Assembly (NCBI GenBank): GCA_048571215.1
Contig: CP182352.1
Coordinates: 2,208,001-2,272,000 of the forward strand
Direction: 5' to 3'
Length of the DNA stretch: 64,000 bases
Origin: Halarcobacter sp.
Lineage (GTDB): Bacteria; Campylobacterota; Campylobacteria; Campylobacterales; Arcobacteraceae
The first letter of the stretch is position 1, and each line of letters begins with the position of its first letter. The notes below the pieces were generated by a model that was not told the DNA's origin, searched no databases, and saw nothing but the letters and a program-made list of their open reading frames with translations. Positions 10,269 through 20,745 of this stretch are shown piece after piece. The translations under genes and the position numbers were made by a program.

Positions 10269-10733
10269 ATGACAAAGTTAGAGATAGAAAATGAGTTTAG
10301 AGATGTAGTAGGTATAAATGAAGCTAAAAAGGTATATAAAACATTAGCTAAAAAACTTCATCCTGATGTTGGAGGAAGTGATGAAGAGTTTAAAATATTA
10401 AATGCTGTATATAATGATTTTATAGAGAATAAAATACATTTTTCAAATGATAGTAAAATTGATATTGAATTAGAGAAGATTATAAGTCAAATATTACATT
10501 ATGAGGATATTACAATAGAATTAGTAGGTTCTTGGATTTGGGTTAGTGGAAATACTAAAGAGATAAAAGATAAATTAAAAGAGCTTGGTTTTAAATGGGC
10601 TAGTAAAAAGAAGATGTGGTACTATGGAGAGATGAAAGCTAAAAATCCTAATCCTAAATCTATGGATGAGATTAAAGCTAAATATGGGAGTAAGGCTTTT
10701 AAGGATAAGGAGAGAGGTAGTATAGCAGGTTGA
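10269..10733 (+). CDS. J-domain (DnaJ-like) protein of the type common on conjugative/mobile elements
   Basis: YKTLAKKLHPDVGGSDEEFK (HPD motif) plus WIWVSGNT..IKDKLKELGFKW..KKKMWY; ends in a TGA stop. Confidence 0.8.
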   Translation: MTKLEIENEFRDVVGINEAKKVYKTLAKKLHPDVGGSDEEFKILNAVYNDFIENKIHFSNDSKIDIELEKIISQILHYEDITIELVGSWIWVSGNTKEIKDKLKELGFKWASKKKMWYYGEMKAKNPNPKSMDEIKAKYGSKAFKDKERGSIAG

Positions 10734-10913
10734 TTTCTGCTATGTTATAAATTTCAAAATTTTTAAATTGTTATTTAAATTTATATTATAAGAAAGTTTG
10801 ATATTTATAAAGGTTATTACAAATAATAAGTGCATATACTAATAATTCTATAATTTATATTTAAGTAAATACTAGATAAATTTATCATTTAAGTTCTATT
10901 TAAAGGAAACACT

Positions 10914-13900
10914 TTGAATTTTTTTAAAATCTTCTTAGCTCTATTTATATTTAATATTTACTCTTTTGCAGGAGTCACATTTTATGATTTTTGGATTAAA
11001 GATTCTCCTTATCTCGAAGGTAAAACAAATAACTTTGATGCACAGTTTAAAATTAAAAATACAGGAAGTTCCTCTTTATATATTCAGCAGGTTGAAGTAA
11101 CAATATTAAATTCTAATGGTAGTTATAACAGTAATTGTTGGTATAAAAATGTCAATAAAACTTTGTATCCAAATAGTTCTTATTCATCAGGTATTGGGTA
11201 TTGTACATTAAATTCCACTGGTGATTTTAAAGTTGTAGCAAAAGTTAAATATGGAAATAATTATTATGATAGTCCAACAAAACATTCTATTACAGTAACA
11301 GCTCCTGTAAATAATGCACCCACAATAGAAAAGAGTGGAACACAACCAACAACAGTTGAAGTTGGGAAACCAATAGCATTTGCATTAAGAGCAAAAGATA
11401 GTGATGGAAATCTTTCAAGTGTAGATTTTGACTGGAATGATGGTTCTTCAAATGAAGTTGTTGGAAAAAGTGCAGCAGGAACATATGAGAATTTAGTATT
11501 TAGTAGAACATTTAATAAAACAGGAAATTTTACAGCAAGTGCAACTGCATATGATAAAGATGGTGCAAAGAGTGGAAGAATACAATTTAGTTTTTCTGTA
11601 ACAGCTCCTGTAAATAATGCACCCACAATAGAAAAGAGTGGAACACAACCAACAACAGTTGAAGTTGGGAAACCAATAGCATTTGCATTAAGAGCAAAAG
11701 ATAGTGATGGAAATCTTTCAAGTGTAGATTTTGACTGGAATGATGGTTCTTCAAATGAAGTTGTTGGAAAAAGTGCAGCAGGAACATATGAGAATTTAGT
11801 ATTTAGTAGAACATTTAATAAAACAGGAAATTTTACAGCAAGTGCAACTGCATATGATAAAGATGGTGCAAAGAGTGGAAGAATACAATTTAGTTTTTCT
11901 GTAACAGCTCCTGTAAATAATGCACCAACAATAGAAAAGAGTGGAACACAACCAACAACAGTTGAAGTTGGGAAACCAATAGCATTTGCATTAAGAGCAA
12001 AAGATAGTGATGGAAATCTTTCAAGTGTAGATTTTGACTGGAATGATGGTTCTTCAAATGAAGTTGTTGGAAAAAGTGCAGCAGGAACATATGAGAATTT
12101 AGTATTTAGTAGAACATTTAATAAAACAGGAAATTTTACAGCAAGTGCAACTGCATATGATAAAGATGGTGCAAAGAGTGGAAGAATACAATTTAGTTTT
12201 TCTGTAACAGCTCCTGTAAATAATGCACCAACAATAGAAAAGAGTGGAACACAACCAACAACAGTTGAAGTTGGGAAACCAATAGCATTTGCATTAAGAG
12301 CAAAAGATAGTGATGGAAATCTTTCAAGTGTAGATTTTGACTGGAATGATGGTTCTTCAAATGAAGTTGTTGGGAAAAGTGTAGCAGGAACATATGAGAA
12401 TTTAGTATTTAGTAGAACATTTAATAAAACAGGAAATTTTACAGCAAGTGCAACTGCATATGATAAAGATGGTGCAAAGAGTGGAAGAATACAATTTAGT
12501 TTTTCTGTAACAGCTCCTGTAAATAATGCACCAACAATAGAAAAGAGTGGAACACAACCAACAACAGTTGAAGTTGGGAAACCAATAGCATTTGCATTAA
12601 GAGCAAAAGATAGTGATGGAAATCTTTCAAATGTAGATTTTGACTGGAATGATGGTTCTTCAAATGAAGTTGTTGGGAAAAGTGCAGCAGGAACATATGA
12701 GAATTTAGTATTTAGTAGAACATTTAATAAAACAGGAAATTTTACAGCAAGTGCAACTGCATATGATAAAGATGGTGCAAAGAGTGGAAGAATACAATTT
12801 AGTTTTTCTGTAACAGCTCCTGTAAATAATGCACCAACCCACATATCTACAACAATTACACCTACACAAATTATTGAAGCAGAAGATATTAATATTAAAA
12901 CAATATTTAATGATGTTGATGGCGATTTTATTGTTAATGTAAAAGTAAGATACAAAAACATTAATTCTTTAAGTTGGACAGAATTAAATTTATCTCACTT
13001 ATCTACAGAATCAAATAATGAAATTTTTACAGGGACTATTAGTGGTGGTCTAGTAAGTGGAGAATATGAATTACAAGTTCAAGCAAGTGATAAAGAGAAT
13101 TTAACTGATAGTGATGTTTTACATACAACAGATTGGATTGCTGTTAATAGTTTTATTGTAAAAGAAAAAGGCAATAATATTCCAGAGATAATACATATCT
13201 CTACATCAGGTACAAGTACTTCTAATTCTATCAAAACTAATGAAGAAACATTAACTGTAACCCTTAAAATTAAAGATATAGATGGAAATATAGATAGATT
13301 AGAATTTGACTTTGATAAAGATTACGACTTGACAGAAGATAATGAGAAGCAAAATTTTTTCTTTAATACAACAGACAAAGAAATTACTCAAACTATTTCA
13401 TTTCAGTATACAGATGATTACTTAGAAAATTGTCCAAATTTATCAGGACAATTATATTCTGACATTTTATATGATGGCACTTGTTGGAAAAATCATAAGA
13501 GATGGAAAGCCATTGTATATGATAAAAAAGGGAATAGTACAACATTAATACAAGAAGGAGATGCCACACATATATATTCTTCAGATGGTTTAGAAAAATA
13601 TCAATTAGAAAAGAAGAATAAAGAAAAAAATGTAAAAGTTGAAGAATTAGAAAAAAATAAAAAAAATTATGATGATTATATTTCCAGCTTACTAGAAAAC
13701 ATAGATAAAACTTTAAAAGAAAATGATCCTAAACTTGGAAAATTTGAAGAGCAAGAACAAATTTTTGAGCTAAGTAAAGGTGGAGATATAATTAGTTCAA
13801 AATTAAGGATAACATATGTAGGTAGAGAAGATGAAAATGATACATCAAACTATCCTGCTAATGTTGTTCTTTCAATAAAAAGAAAAGATACACCTATATA

Positions 13901-15119
13901 TATTGGTAACAAGGAATTTAATTCAATAGCTTATAATTTAGAACATTTAAAAGCTATACTTGATCTAAGTAATAAATATATATATGATGAAATATTCTTT
14001 AAAAATATATGTTCAAAAGATGATAATCAAGTGATTGGAGTATGCCAAGCAGTTGAATTGGAATCAATAATTACTGAAGAAAGTGTAAAAGATATCGCAT
14101 CTGCAATTTCTGATAAAATGGGGAGTTCAGTTAGTGAAATTTCAAAAGCTACAAGAGATGGAGTACTAAAAGCAACTAAAGAAATTGTTTCAAGCTATGC
14201 AGAGACCCCACAAGATTTAGCTAATGCTGCAACAATAGTTTTTGGATTTACTAAAGATTTAATTAAAAATCCAAAAGAAACTATTAATAATAGCATTGAC
14301 AAGGTTAATGAAACAGCTGAAATATTAGGTATGTTTAAAGATGAATTATTAGAAGTAATACCTAATCTATCTGATATAATTAGTCATTTTACTCCTGTAG
14401 AGAAAGCATTTTTTACAGCATATATAACTACACATGTGGCACATGAATTAGCACCAACAAGTAAATTAAAACTTGCAAAATTAGCTAAAACTGATAAAAT
14501 AAAAAGAGCAAAATGGCTTAGAATTTCAAAACTTTTACAAATTTCAAAAGAACTTGGATATAAAATAAAATATTCCTATTTAATAAATTTTAATGATAAA
14601 GATTTTGATGTAATCGATCGTATTCTTACAAGAAAATATGAGAATAATCCATTAACTAAATCTGAGCATGTAATATTATCATTATTAGAAAAAGATAGAA
14701 AAAGTGAGTGGAGACCTTGGCTTTTAAATATGTGGTATGGAAATGTCTTTAATGATAAAAGAAGAGATAATTTTGATTATAATGAAGTATATATATTAGG
14801 TAAAAATGGAGATTATTATAGACTTGATTCATTCAATACTAAAAAACAACCTAAAGGAATCTTTTCGAGAAAAGATACACAAATGTCTGAACAACCTGAA
14901 CAAGCTATCAAGTATTTAGATGAGTTTGCAGAGAAATATCCTTCAGGTGCACAAATTGCTAATGTTCCAAGTAGTCAAAAAATGGGTATAACTGGAACAT
15001 TAAAAGGTCAGATGTATTTAGAAGTTCCAGTACAAAATAATAGTATACCTCAAAATATTTTAGACCATGCAAAAGATTTAAAAATTAAGATAAGAGATAT
15101 AGATGGAAAAATTTATTAA
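10914..15119 (+). CDS. large secreted polymorphic-toxin-like protein with five tandem 101-aa beta-rich (Ig/PKD-like) repeats and a putative C-terminal nuclease-type toxin domain
   Basis: 1401 aa, Sec-type signal peptide, NNAPTI...DSDG..VDFDWNDG repeats; C-terminus NEVYI..YRLDS..SRK.TQ..LEVPVQ..IRDIDGKIY resembles toxin tips; overlapping small downstream gene. Confidence 0.7.
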   Translation: MNFFKIFLALFIFNIYSFAGVTFYDFWIKDSPYLEGKTNNFDAQFKIKNTGSSSLYIQQVEVTILNSNGSYNSNCWYKNVNKTLYPNSSYSSGIGYCTLNSTGDFKVVAKVKYGNNYYDSPTKHSITVTAPVNNAPTIEKSGTQPTTVEVGKPIAFALRAKDSDGNLSSVDFDWNDGSSNEVVGKSAAGTYENLVFSRTFNKTGNFTASATAYDKDGAKSGRIQFSFSVTAPVNNAPTIEKSGTQPTTVEVGKPIAFALRAKDSDGNLSSVDFDWNDGSSNEVVGKSAAGTYENLVFSRTFNKTGNFTASATAYDKDGAKSGRIQFSFSVTAPVNNAPTIEKSGTQPTTVEVGKPIAFALRAKDSDGNLSSVDFDWNDGSSNEVVGKSAAGTYENLVFSRTFNKTGNFTASATAYDKDGAKSGRIQFSFSVTAPVNNAPTIEKSGTQPTTVEVGKPIAFALRAKDSDGNLSSVDFDWNDGSSNEVVGKSVAGTYENLVFSRTFNKTGNFTASATAYDKDGAKSGRIQFSFSVTAPVNNAPTIEKSGTQPTTVEVGKPIAFALRAKDSDGNLSNVDFDWNDGSSNEVVGKSAAGTYENLVFSRTFNKTGNFTASATAYDKDGAKSGRIQFSFSVTAPVNNAPTHISTTITPTQIIEAEDINIKTIFNDVDGDFIVNVKVRYKNINSLSWTELNLSHLSTESNNEIFTGTISGGLVSGEYELQVQASDKENLTDSDVLHTTDWIAVNSFIVKEKGNNIPEIIHISTSGTSTSNSIKTNEETLTVTLKIKDIDGNIDRLEFDFDKDYDLTEDNEKQNFFFNTTDKEITQTISFQYTDDYLENCPNLSGQLYSDILYDGTCWKNHKRWKAIVYDKKGNSTTLIQEGDATHIYSSDGLEKYQLEKKNKEKNVKVEELEKNKKNYDDYISSLLENIDKTLKENDPKLGKFEEQEQIFELSKGGDIISSKLRITYVGREDENDTSNYPANVVLSIKRKDTPIYIGNKEFNSIAYNLEHLKAILDLSNKYIYDEIFFKNICSKDDNQVIGVCQAVELESIITEESVKDIASAISDKMGSSVSEISKATRDGVLKATKEIVSSYAETPQDLANAATIVFGFTKDLIKNPKETINNSIDKVNETAEILGMFKDELLEVIPNLSDIISHFTPVEKAFFTAYITTHVAHELAPTSKLKLAKLAKTDKIKRAKWLRISKLLQISKELGYKIKYSYLINFNDKDFDVIDRILTRKYENNPLTKSEHVILSLLEKDRKSEWRPWLLNMWYGNVFNDKRRDNFDYNEVYILGKNGDYYRLDSFNTKKQPKGIFSRKDTQMSEQPEQAIKYLDEFAEKYPSGAQIANVPSSQKMGITGTLKGQMYLEVPVQNNSIPQNILDHAKDLKIKIRDIDGKIY
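11295..12839 (+). repeat. five near-identical 303-bp tandem repeats plus a partial sixth
   Basis: GTAACAGCTCCTGTAAATAATGCACC recurs at 11295, 11598, 11901, 12204, 12507, 12810. Confidence 0.97.
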
Positions 15120-15687
15120 TAAAAAATATCACTACTATGATCATTGGTGGCAAGATGACAAAAAGCCTCAAGACAAACTTACTTTAGAAGAAGCTCAAAG
15201 AAGATTTAATGATAAAAAACCTACAGGAAATACATTTTATATATTAGTAGGAGAGGATGAAACTGACCCAAAATATATTATTAATTATGTTTCTATGGAC
15301 TTAATTTCAGTCTATAAATTAAATGATAATTTTGATGATATTGTACAAATTTCTTACATAATTATGCATAATTTAGATGATAATAAACTTTATTTGAATC
15401 AGTTCCACTTTAATAAATATGATGGAATAAATGCTATAAGCAATAATTTAATTATATGGTCTTTTATAAAAAATTATAATAATGGAAATCCTATATGGGA
15501 AGTTTTAGAAAAACAGAGAAATGAATATTTAGTTTTTGCTAACAACAAAGAAGAGTATAGTGATATAACTTTTACTATTAATGGTAATGAACAATGGAGA
15601 GAATATCCAAAATTTGGAAACTGGGATTGGATGATTGAAGATTTAGAGTTTTTATTAAATAAATATGAGGAGATGAAGAATGAATAA
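15103..15687 (+). CDS. putative immunity protein for the upstream toxin
   Basis: 194 aa, aromatic/acidic, overlaps the toxin stop; WREYPKFGNWD C-terminal motif; call is mainly positional. Confidence 0.6.
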   Translation: MEKFINKKYHYYDHWWQDDKKPQDKLTLEEAQRRFNDKKPTGNTFYILVGEDETDPKYIINYVSMDLISVYKLNDNFDDIVQISYIIMHNLDDNKLYLNQFHFNKYDGINAISNNLIIWSFIKNYNNGNPIWEVLEKQRNEYLVFANNKEEYSDITFTINGNEQWREYPKFGNWDWMIEDLEFLLNKYEEMKNE

Positions 15688-16750
15688 ATTACTTAATATT
15701 ATTTTATTATCTATTATAACAGTTTTTTTAGTATCTTGTGGAGGAGGTGGAGAAGATGGAGGAGATTCATCTTCATCATCGAATGTGGCAAGAGTTGAAT
15801 TAGGTCCTATCTCTAGTGCAACAGTAACTATATCATCTTTAAATGGTATAAAACTTGATGAGTACATAACAAATGAAAATGGATATTTTACTCCAAATAG
15901 AGAAAAATTATCAGAAGAAATTAACAATTATAACCCTGATATGAAATATGTAAGAATAATTTCAACTGGAGGAATTGATATTGACCCTAATGATGATGAG
16001 ATAATTGTGGAAAGTGAAAAGAATGAAGTTAAAGGGCAAGTTACTGGAATTCTTCCTATATCAAGACTCTTAGAAAATAAAGAATTTAGGATTAATGCTT
16101 TTACTTCAGTGGTTGAAAAATCTCTGAAGAATACTCTTAATATTGATGAAGAGATAATAAACAAAATTTTAGAAGAAAATAGTTTTGAAGACATAAATAA
16201 TGATGGTAATATTACTATAGATGACATAATTGATTACAAAATGTCAGAGCATGAAACAAATGCAGAAAAAACATTAATGGAATCTTGGGTACCAGTAATA
16301 ACAAGTGGTGATGAGGAAGAAGAAAATAATTTAATTAGTGAATATAAAACAACATATAATTTAATTTCACCAATTTCAGAATTACTTCGGAATGAAAAAC
16401 TTATAGTTTTCCCTTATTTAAAAAATGGTTACTACATTCAATATTCTATACAAAAAGATTATTCAGAAGCAAACTTCAAACCATATTATAATGGTGAAAA
16501 GTTAACTCTAAATAATTATGAAGTTATGTATTATCAAGAGTGTTCACTTTCAGAAGAATGTTCAAAAATTCAAAAAATATATTTTGATGGAGAAAGATAT
16601 TTTGTTGATTATTTAAAAGTAAAAAAAACATATTTTATTGATGAAGAAAAAATAACTGGATTTAGACAAAAAGAAGAAGATATAAAAAAAGAAATTGAAC
16701 AAATCGAAGAAGAAATTGAAAATATAAAAACTACTGAATTGTCTTTATAA
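15680..16750 (+). CDS. lipoprotein, hypothetical
   Basis: Lipobox FLVS-C followed by Gly/Ser linker; acidic DIDPNDD and DINNDGNITIDD loops. Confidence 0.75.
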   Translation: MNKLLNIILLSIITVFLVSCGGGGEDGGDSSSSSNVARVELGPISSATVTISSLNGIKLDEYITNENGYFTPNREKLSEEINNYNPDMKYVRIISTGGIDIDPNDDEIIVESEKNEVKGQVTGILPISRLLENKEFRINAFTSVVEKSLKNTLNIDEEIINKILEENSFEDINNDGNITIDDIIDYKMSEHETNAEKTLMESWVPVITSGDEEEENNLISEYKTTYNLISPISELLRNEKLIVFPYLKNGYYIQYSIQKDYSEANFKPYYNGEKLTLNNYEVMYYQECSLSEECSKIQKIYFDGERYFVDYLKVKKTYFIDEEKITGFRQKEEDIKKEIEQIEEEIENIKTTELSL

Positions 16751-16773
16751 AAAGACCTATTTAAAATAGGTCT

Positions 16774-17025
16774 TTATTTAAGTTCCCTAAAAAACTCACA
16801 TATATCAACATCTAAAATCTGGGCAATTTTATGAAGTTGAGTAATATTAAAATGCCTTTTATTTGTATATAATTCAGCAGAACTAATTAAACTTGGAGAT
16901 TTATTCCCCATTTCAAAAGATAAAGCCAATTGACTTAATTCAGCTTCTTTTCTAAGTCTAGCAACATTTTTACCAATCAAGATATGTAATTCATCTTCAC
17001 TTAAATTATTCAGTTTTTTATTCAT
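16774..17025 (-). CDS. XRE-family HTH transcriptional regulator
   Basis: IGKNVARLRKEAELSQLALS...ISSAE...LHKIAQILDV. Confidence 0.85.
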   Translation of the reverse strand: MNKKLNNLSEDELHILIGKNVARLRKEAELSQLALSFEMGNKSPSLISSAELYTNKRHFNITQLHKIAQILDVDICEFFRELK

Positions 17026-17112
17026 TTTACCTCACACTACTATTGTAATGTAAGTATAGATATGTAATAATCTTTTATCAAACTACAATTGTAGTGTACA
17101 AAGGAAAATATC

Positions 17113-17352
17113 ATGAAACCCATCCTCTCAATTCTACTAATAATCCTACTTTCAACATCACTTCTAAGTGATGAAACAAAAAAAGAAACTCAAAAAATAG
17201 AAGAAAAACAGGCAATGACAGATGAAGAGTTTTTAAAAAAATTTATGAAATTAGATAAAGAAGTAGAAGAAGCAAAAGCAAAAACTAAAGCTTTAGAAAA
17301 ACTTGAAAAAAAAGTTGATGAATTGGCAAAAACCCTTGGAGTAGATAAGTAA
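17113..17352 (+). CDS. small secreted coiled-coil protein
   Basis: Signal peptide, AAGGA RBS, divergent from the XRE gene. Confidence 0.65.
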   Translation: MKPILSILLIILLSTSLLSDETKKETQKIEEKQAMTDEEFLKKFMKLDKEVEEAKAKTKALEKLEKKVDELAKTLGVDK

Positions 17353-17433
17353 TCTATTTTTTGCACTCATTTTAGAAATGTGATAAAATCTATATATCTC
17401 CTAAAAATAATTTATAAATCTAAATTATGGAAA

Positions 17434-19026
17434 ATGACTGAAATATCATGAGGTAATTTTGAATCAAATGAAAATATTCCAAAATTAAAACAAACAAGTC
17501 CAGAAGATATTCAAAAAGCGTGAGAAGATATAGAATATTCAAATCATTTACAAAAAGTAAATGATGTTTTAAATGTACTTAATTTTCCTAATAATGCTGA
17601 AAAAAAATTTAGAACTATTTTAGATAAGCAAGATGATAAAACTTTGATTGAACTATCAAAACAATCAAAATGAGATATTCAATCTTTTTTGCTAAATAAT
17701 AGAAAAACTGAAAAATCTACAGAAGAAGAAAAGCATTTAGATAAAAATGTAAATATAAACTCTAAAATTTCAAAAATCAAATCAACTTTTTCTCCTGAGA
17801 TTCTAAGTAATAATCCTGATATTGAAAACCTAATTAACTCTTTTGATTTACAAAAAGATGAATGAGAAAACATAAATATTATTGATAAAATTCTAAATCT
17901 TTTAAAAGAGCCTTGAAAACTAAAATCAATAGTTGATGATTTATGATGAGCAGATAAAAACAATCCAAAATATTTAGAATTCAAAGAAAGTTTAATTTGA
18001 ATAGATTCTAGTTTTGAAAACTATTTTAATGATCTTGAAAATATAAACTCAAAAGATGAGTTAAATACAAATAATATAGTTTGAGAGATAGAAAAAGAAT
18101 CTTGATGACTTGAAACAATTGATTTAAATAGTTCTAATCCTGTTTCAAAACTAAGTTTAATTTGAAGTGATTATAGTTTTGATGAAAAAATTGATAAAGG
18201 GGCGCTTTGAGAGTTAATGAATACAAGTGAAAATAAATTAAAAGAGATTCAAAATAGTATAACTATTTTGAAAAATGTATATACTCCCTTCGATAGTTTA
18301 TTAAATCAAATCAAAACTAACTGGCAAAAACAAGATTTAAAAGAGACATTAAAAAACCCTTTATCTAGATTTCCAAGCAGTACATTTGCAAATTTAGAAA
18401 AGGTTTATAAAGATATTTGAATTGATTCAAATATACAGCTAAAACAATTTGATATATCAAGTTTAGCTGATGTAAAAAATGCTAATGAATTAAGAGTTAA
18501 AATTGAAAATATCAAAACCAAATTTGAACAAATAAAACTTCAAATTCTAGAAAGAAAAGATGAGATTTTAAAAGATTATAAAGCAAATGTAAAAGAGCTT
18601 TTACAAAGAAAAGAAAAAGCCAAAGAAAAACAACTTGAAGTATTAAAATTTATGAAAGCTAGTTGATTTGATTTAATCCCAAAATCTATTACTGATAAAC
18701 TAATATTAAATCTTCAAAATAATTCATTTCAAATACAAGGTTTAGATTTAAATGTACAAAACATAGATTTAAAAAACTGACATTTTTGAGAATCATTAAA
18801 TATAGACAATGAAACTTGATTTAATACTCTAGCTAAAACAAATCTAGTTAAGTTTATGAATAAACTTATATCATGAAATATTGAAGAGCCTTTAAGTGTT
18901 GACGCTATCGCAAATTGAATTTCTGTAACTAATTCAGCAGATTTAAAAAATCAATTTAGAGAATCTTGAATTGTTGATTGATTGGGTTGGAAGTATATTA
19001 AGATTGTTGAGAATTTGAAAAGTTAA
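17434..19026 (+). CDS. hypothetical protein, 530 aa, encoded with in-frame TGA (code 25 inferred)
   Basis: No TAA/TAG from ATG 17434 to TAA 19024-19026; ~22 in-frame TGA and only ~4 GGN; track ORF 18217-18420 is an internal piece. Confidence 0.85.
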
Positions 19027-19028
19027 TA

Positions 19029-19060
19029 AAAAAAGCAAGGTAAAACTACCTTGCTTTTTT
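19029..19060. terminator. bidirectional intrinsic terminator
   Basis: AAAAAAGCAAGGTA-AAAC-TACCTTGCTTTTTT directly after the TAA of the recoded ORF. Confidence 0.8.
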
Positions 19061-19075
19061 ATTGATTAAGAAGAG

Positions 19076-19384
19076 TTAAGATTTAATACCCTTTTTTAGA
19101 ATATGGTAAATCTTTTTATAAGAAATCCAGATTAATACTACAACTCCTATTATTACATAAAGGAGAAACTCCATATTTTCTTTTTCAACAATTATTATAT
19201 AAAGCGTTGAAAAACATTTTAATAAAGACACTATAGATACTAAGACAATTATAATATCTTCTATATTTAACTCTCTTTTTAAAGATAGAGCAACAAAAAC
19301 GTATATAACCAATACAATTAAACTTATAATTTCAATTATCATAATAAAAACCTTATAAATAATTGAGCAATATAAATATAGCAA
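19076..19384 (-). CDS. small three-helix membrane protein (start probably the internal ATG near 19342)
   Basis: Hydrophobic ORF from track. Confidence 0.5.
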   Translation of the reverse strand: MLYLYCSIIYKVFIMIIEIISLIVLVIYVFVALSLKRELNIEDIIIVLVSIVSLLKCFSTLYIIIVEKENMEFLLYVIIGVVVLIWISYKKIYHILKKGIKS

Positions 19385-19407
19385 TAAATATTTTTATGTG
19401 TGTCTTA

Positions 19408-20737
19408 GAGACCGTTCAAAAATCTGTGTCAAGTCACCTAAAGTAACAAATCCATACTTGTTACAACTCTAAATAATTATCCAATCTCCCTTCGAAAAAT
19501 ATAGCAAGTTGGGAGATTGTTAAACTCCAATTATGCACTGGCTGAGTCCATTTTACTTTTGCATTTAATATTCCCATATACAACAATTTTAAAAGTGAAT
19601 TCTCATTAGGGAAAGCTCCTTTTGTTTTGGTTAATTTTCTAAATTGCCTATGTACAGATTCAATAATATTTGTAGTGTACATAATCTTTCTTATCTCTTT
19701 TGGATATTTAAAATAATAAGATAAATTCTCCCATTTATTTTGCCAAGATTGAAGTACTATGGGATATCTTTTCCCCCATTTTTCATCTAGTTTTAAAAGC
19801 TCATCTTCTGCAAGTTCTTTTGTTGTTGCTTGATAAACAAGTTTTAAATCTCTCATAAACTCTTTTTGGTCTTTAGAAGCTACATACTTCAATGAATTAC
19901 GAATTTGATGTACAACACAAAGTTGTACTTCGGTATTTGGATATATTGTTTTAATAGCTTCAGGAAAGCCTTTAAGACCATCTACTGATGCAATTAGTAT
20001 ATCTTCTAATCCTCTATTATTTAAATCAGTAAGAACACTAAGCCAGAAGTTTGCTCCTTCACTTTGGGATAAATATAATCCTAATATATCTTTTTTACCA
20101 TCAATTCCCATCCCTAAAACTGTGTAAACTGCTTTACTCACATACTTCCCACCATCTTTTATTTTATAATGTATCGCATCAAGCCATACAAATGGATAAA
20201 TAGCTTCTAAAGGTCTACTTTGCCAAGCTTTTACCTTATCTATAATTTTATCTGTAATAGTGCTTATTGTTGCACTTGATAATTGTATTTGATATATCTC
20301 TTCAATATGTTTTATAATATCTCTATAGCTTAATCCTAAGCCATACATAGATAATATCTTTTCTTCTATTTCATTAGACATTGTTGTTTGGTTTTTCTTT
20401 ACAAGTTGTGGTTCAAAAGAACCTGTTCTATCTCTTGGAGTATTCAATTCAAAGGAACCACTTGTTGATTTTATTGTTTTAGAGCTTTTACCATTCTTTC
20501 TATTTTTATTTCCTGCAAATACATCTTGAGTTATATGAGAATCTAATTCTGCTTCTAAAGCAGCTTCAACTAATTGTTTTACTAATGGAGCAAGTACTCC
20601 ATCTTTACCATTGATATTTTTACCTGCAAGTAAATCTTGTACAGCTTCATTAAAATCAAATTGTTTTTTCTTTTCCATCTATATCAATCCTTATAATATT
20701 TATTATATCAGACTGACACAGATTTTCTAACACTCCC
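19408..20737 (-). mobile_element. IS256-family insertion sequence
   Basis: Imperfect terminal inverted repeats (GAGACCGTTCAAAAATCTGTGTCA / TGACACAGATTTTCTAACACTCCC) and 8-bp target duplication GTGTCTTA at 19400-19407 and 20738-20745. Confidence 0.93.
19461..20678 (-). CDS. IS256-family (Mutator-like) DDE transposase
   Basis: RNG...PRDR..SFEPQ, YPFVWLDA, DGLKGF, QLCVVHQIRN, YTTNIIES motifs. Confidence 0.95.
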   Translation of the reverse strand: MEKKKQFDFNEAVQDLLAGKNINGKDGVLAPLVKQLVEAALEAELDSHITQDVFAGNKNRKNGKSSKTIKSTSGSFELNTPRDRTGSFEPQLVKKNQTTMSNEIEEKILSMYGLGLSYRDIIKHIEEIYQIQLSSATISTITDKIIDKVKAWQSRPLEAIYPFVWLDAIHYKIKDGGKYVSKAVYTVLGMGIDGKKDILGLYLSQSEGANFWLSVLTDLNNRGLEDILIASVDGLKGFPEAIKTIYPNTEVQLCVVHQIRNSLKYVASKDQKEFMRDLKLVYQATTKELAEDELLKLDEKWGKRYPIVLQSWQNKWENLSYYFKYPKEIRKIMYTTNIIESVHRQFRKLTKTKGAFPNENSLLKLLYMGILNAKVKWTQPVHNWSLTISQLAIFFEGRLDNYLEL

Positions 20738-20745
20738 GTGTCTTA

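Noticed and set aside
11295..12839. Possible CRISPR array
   Set aside because: Units are contiguous 303-bp in-frame coding repeats with no unique spacers.
11264..12961. 565-aa and five 64-66-aa minus-strand ORFs
   Set aside because: Antisense shadows of the 303-bp repeats in the toxin gene.
17679..18420. Track ORFs 17679-17984(-) and 18217-18420(+)
   Set aside because: An antisense shadow and an internal TGA-bounded fragment of the 17434-19026 recoded gene.
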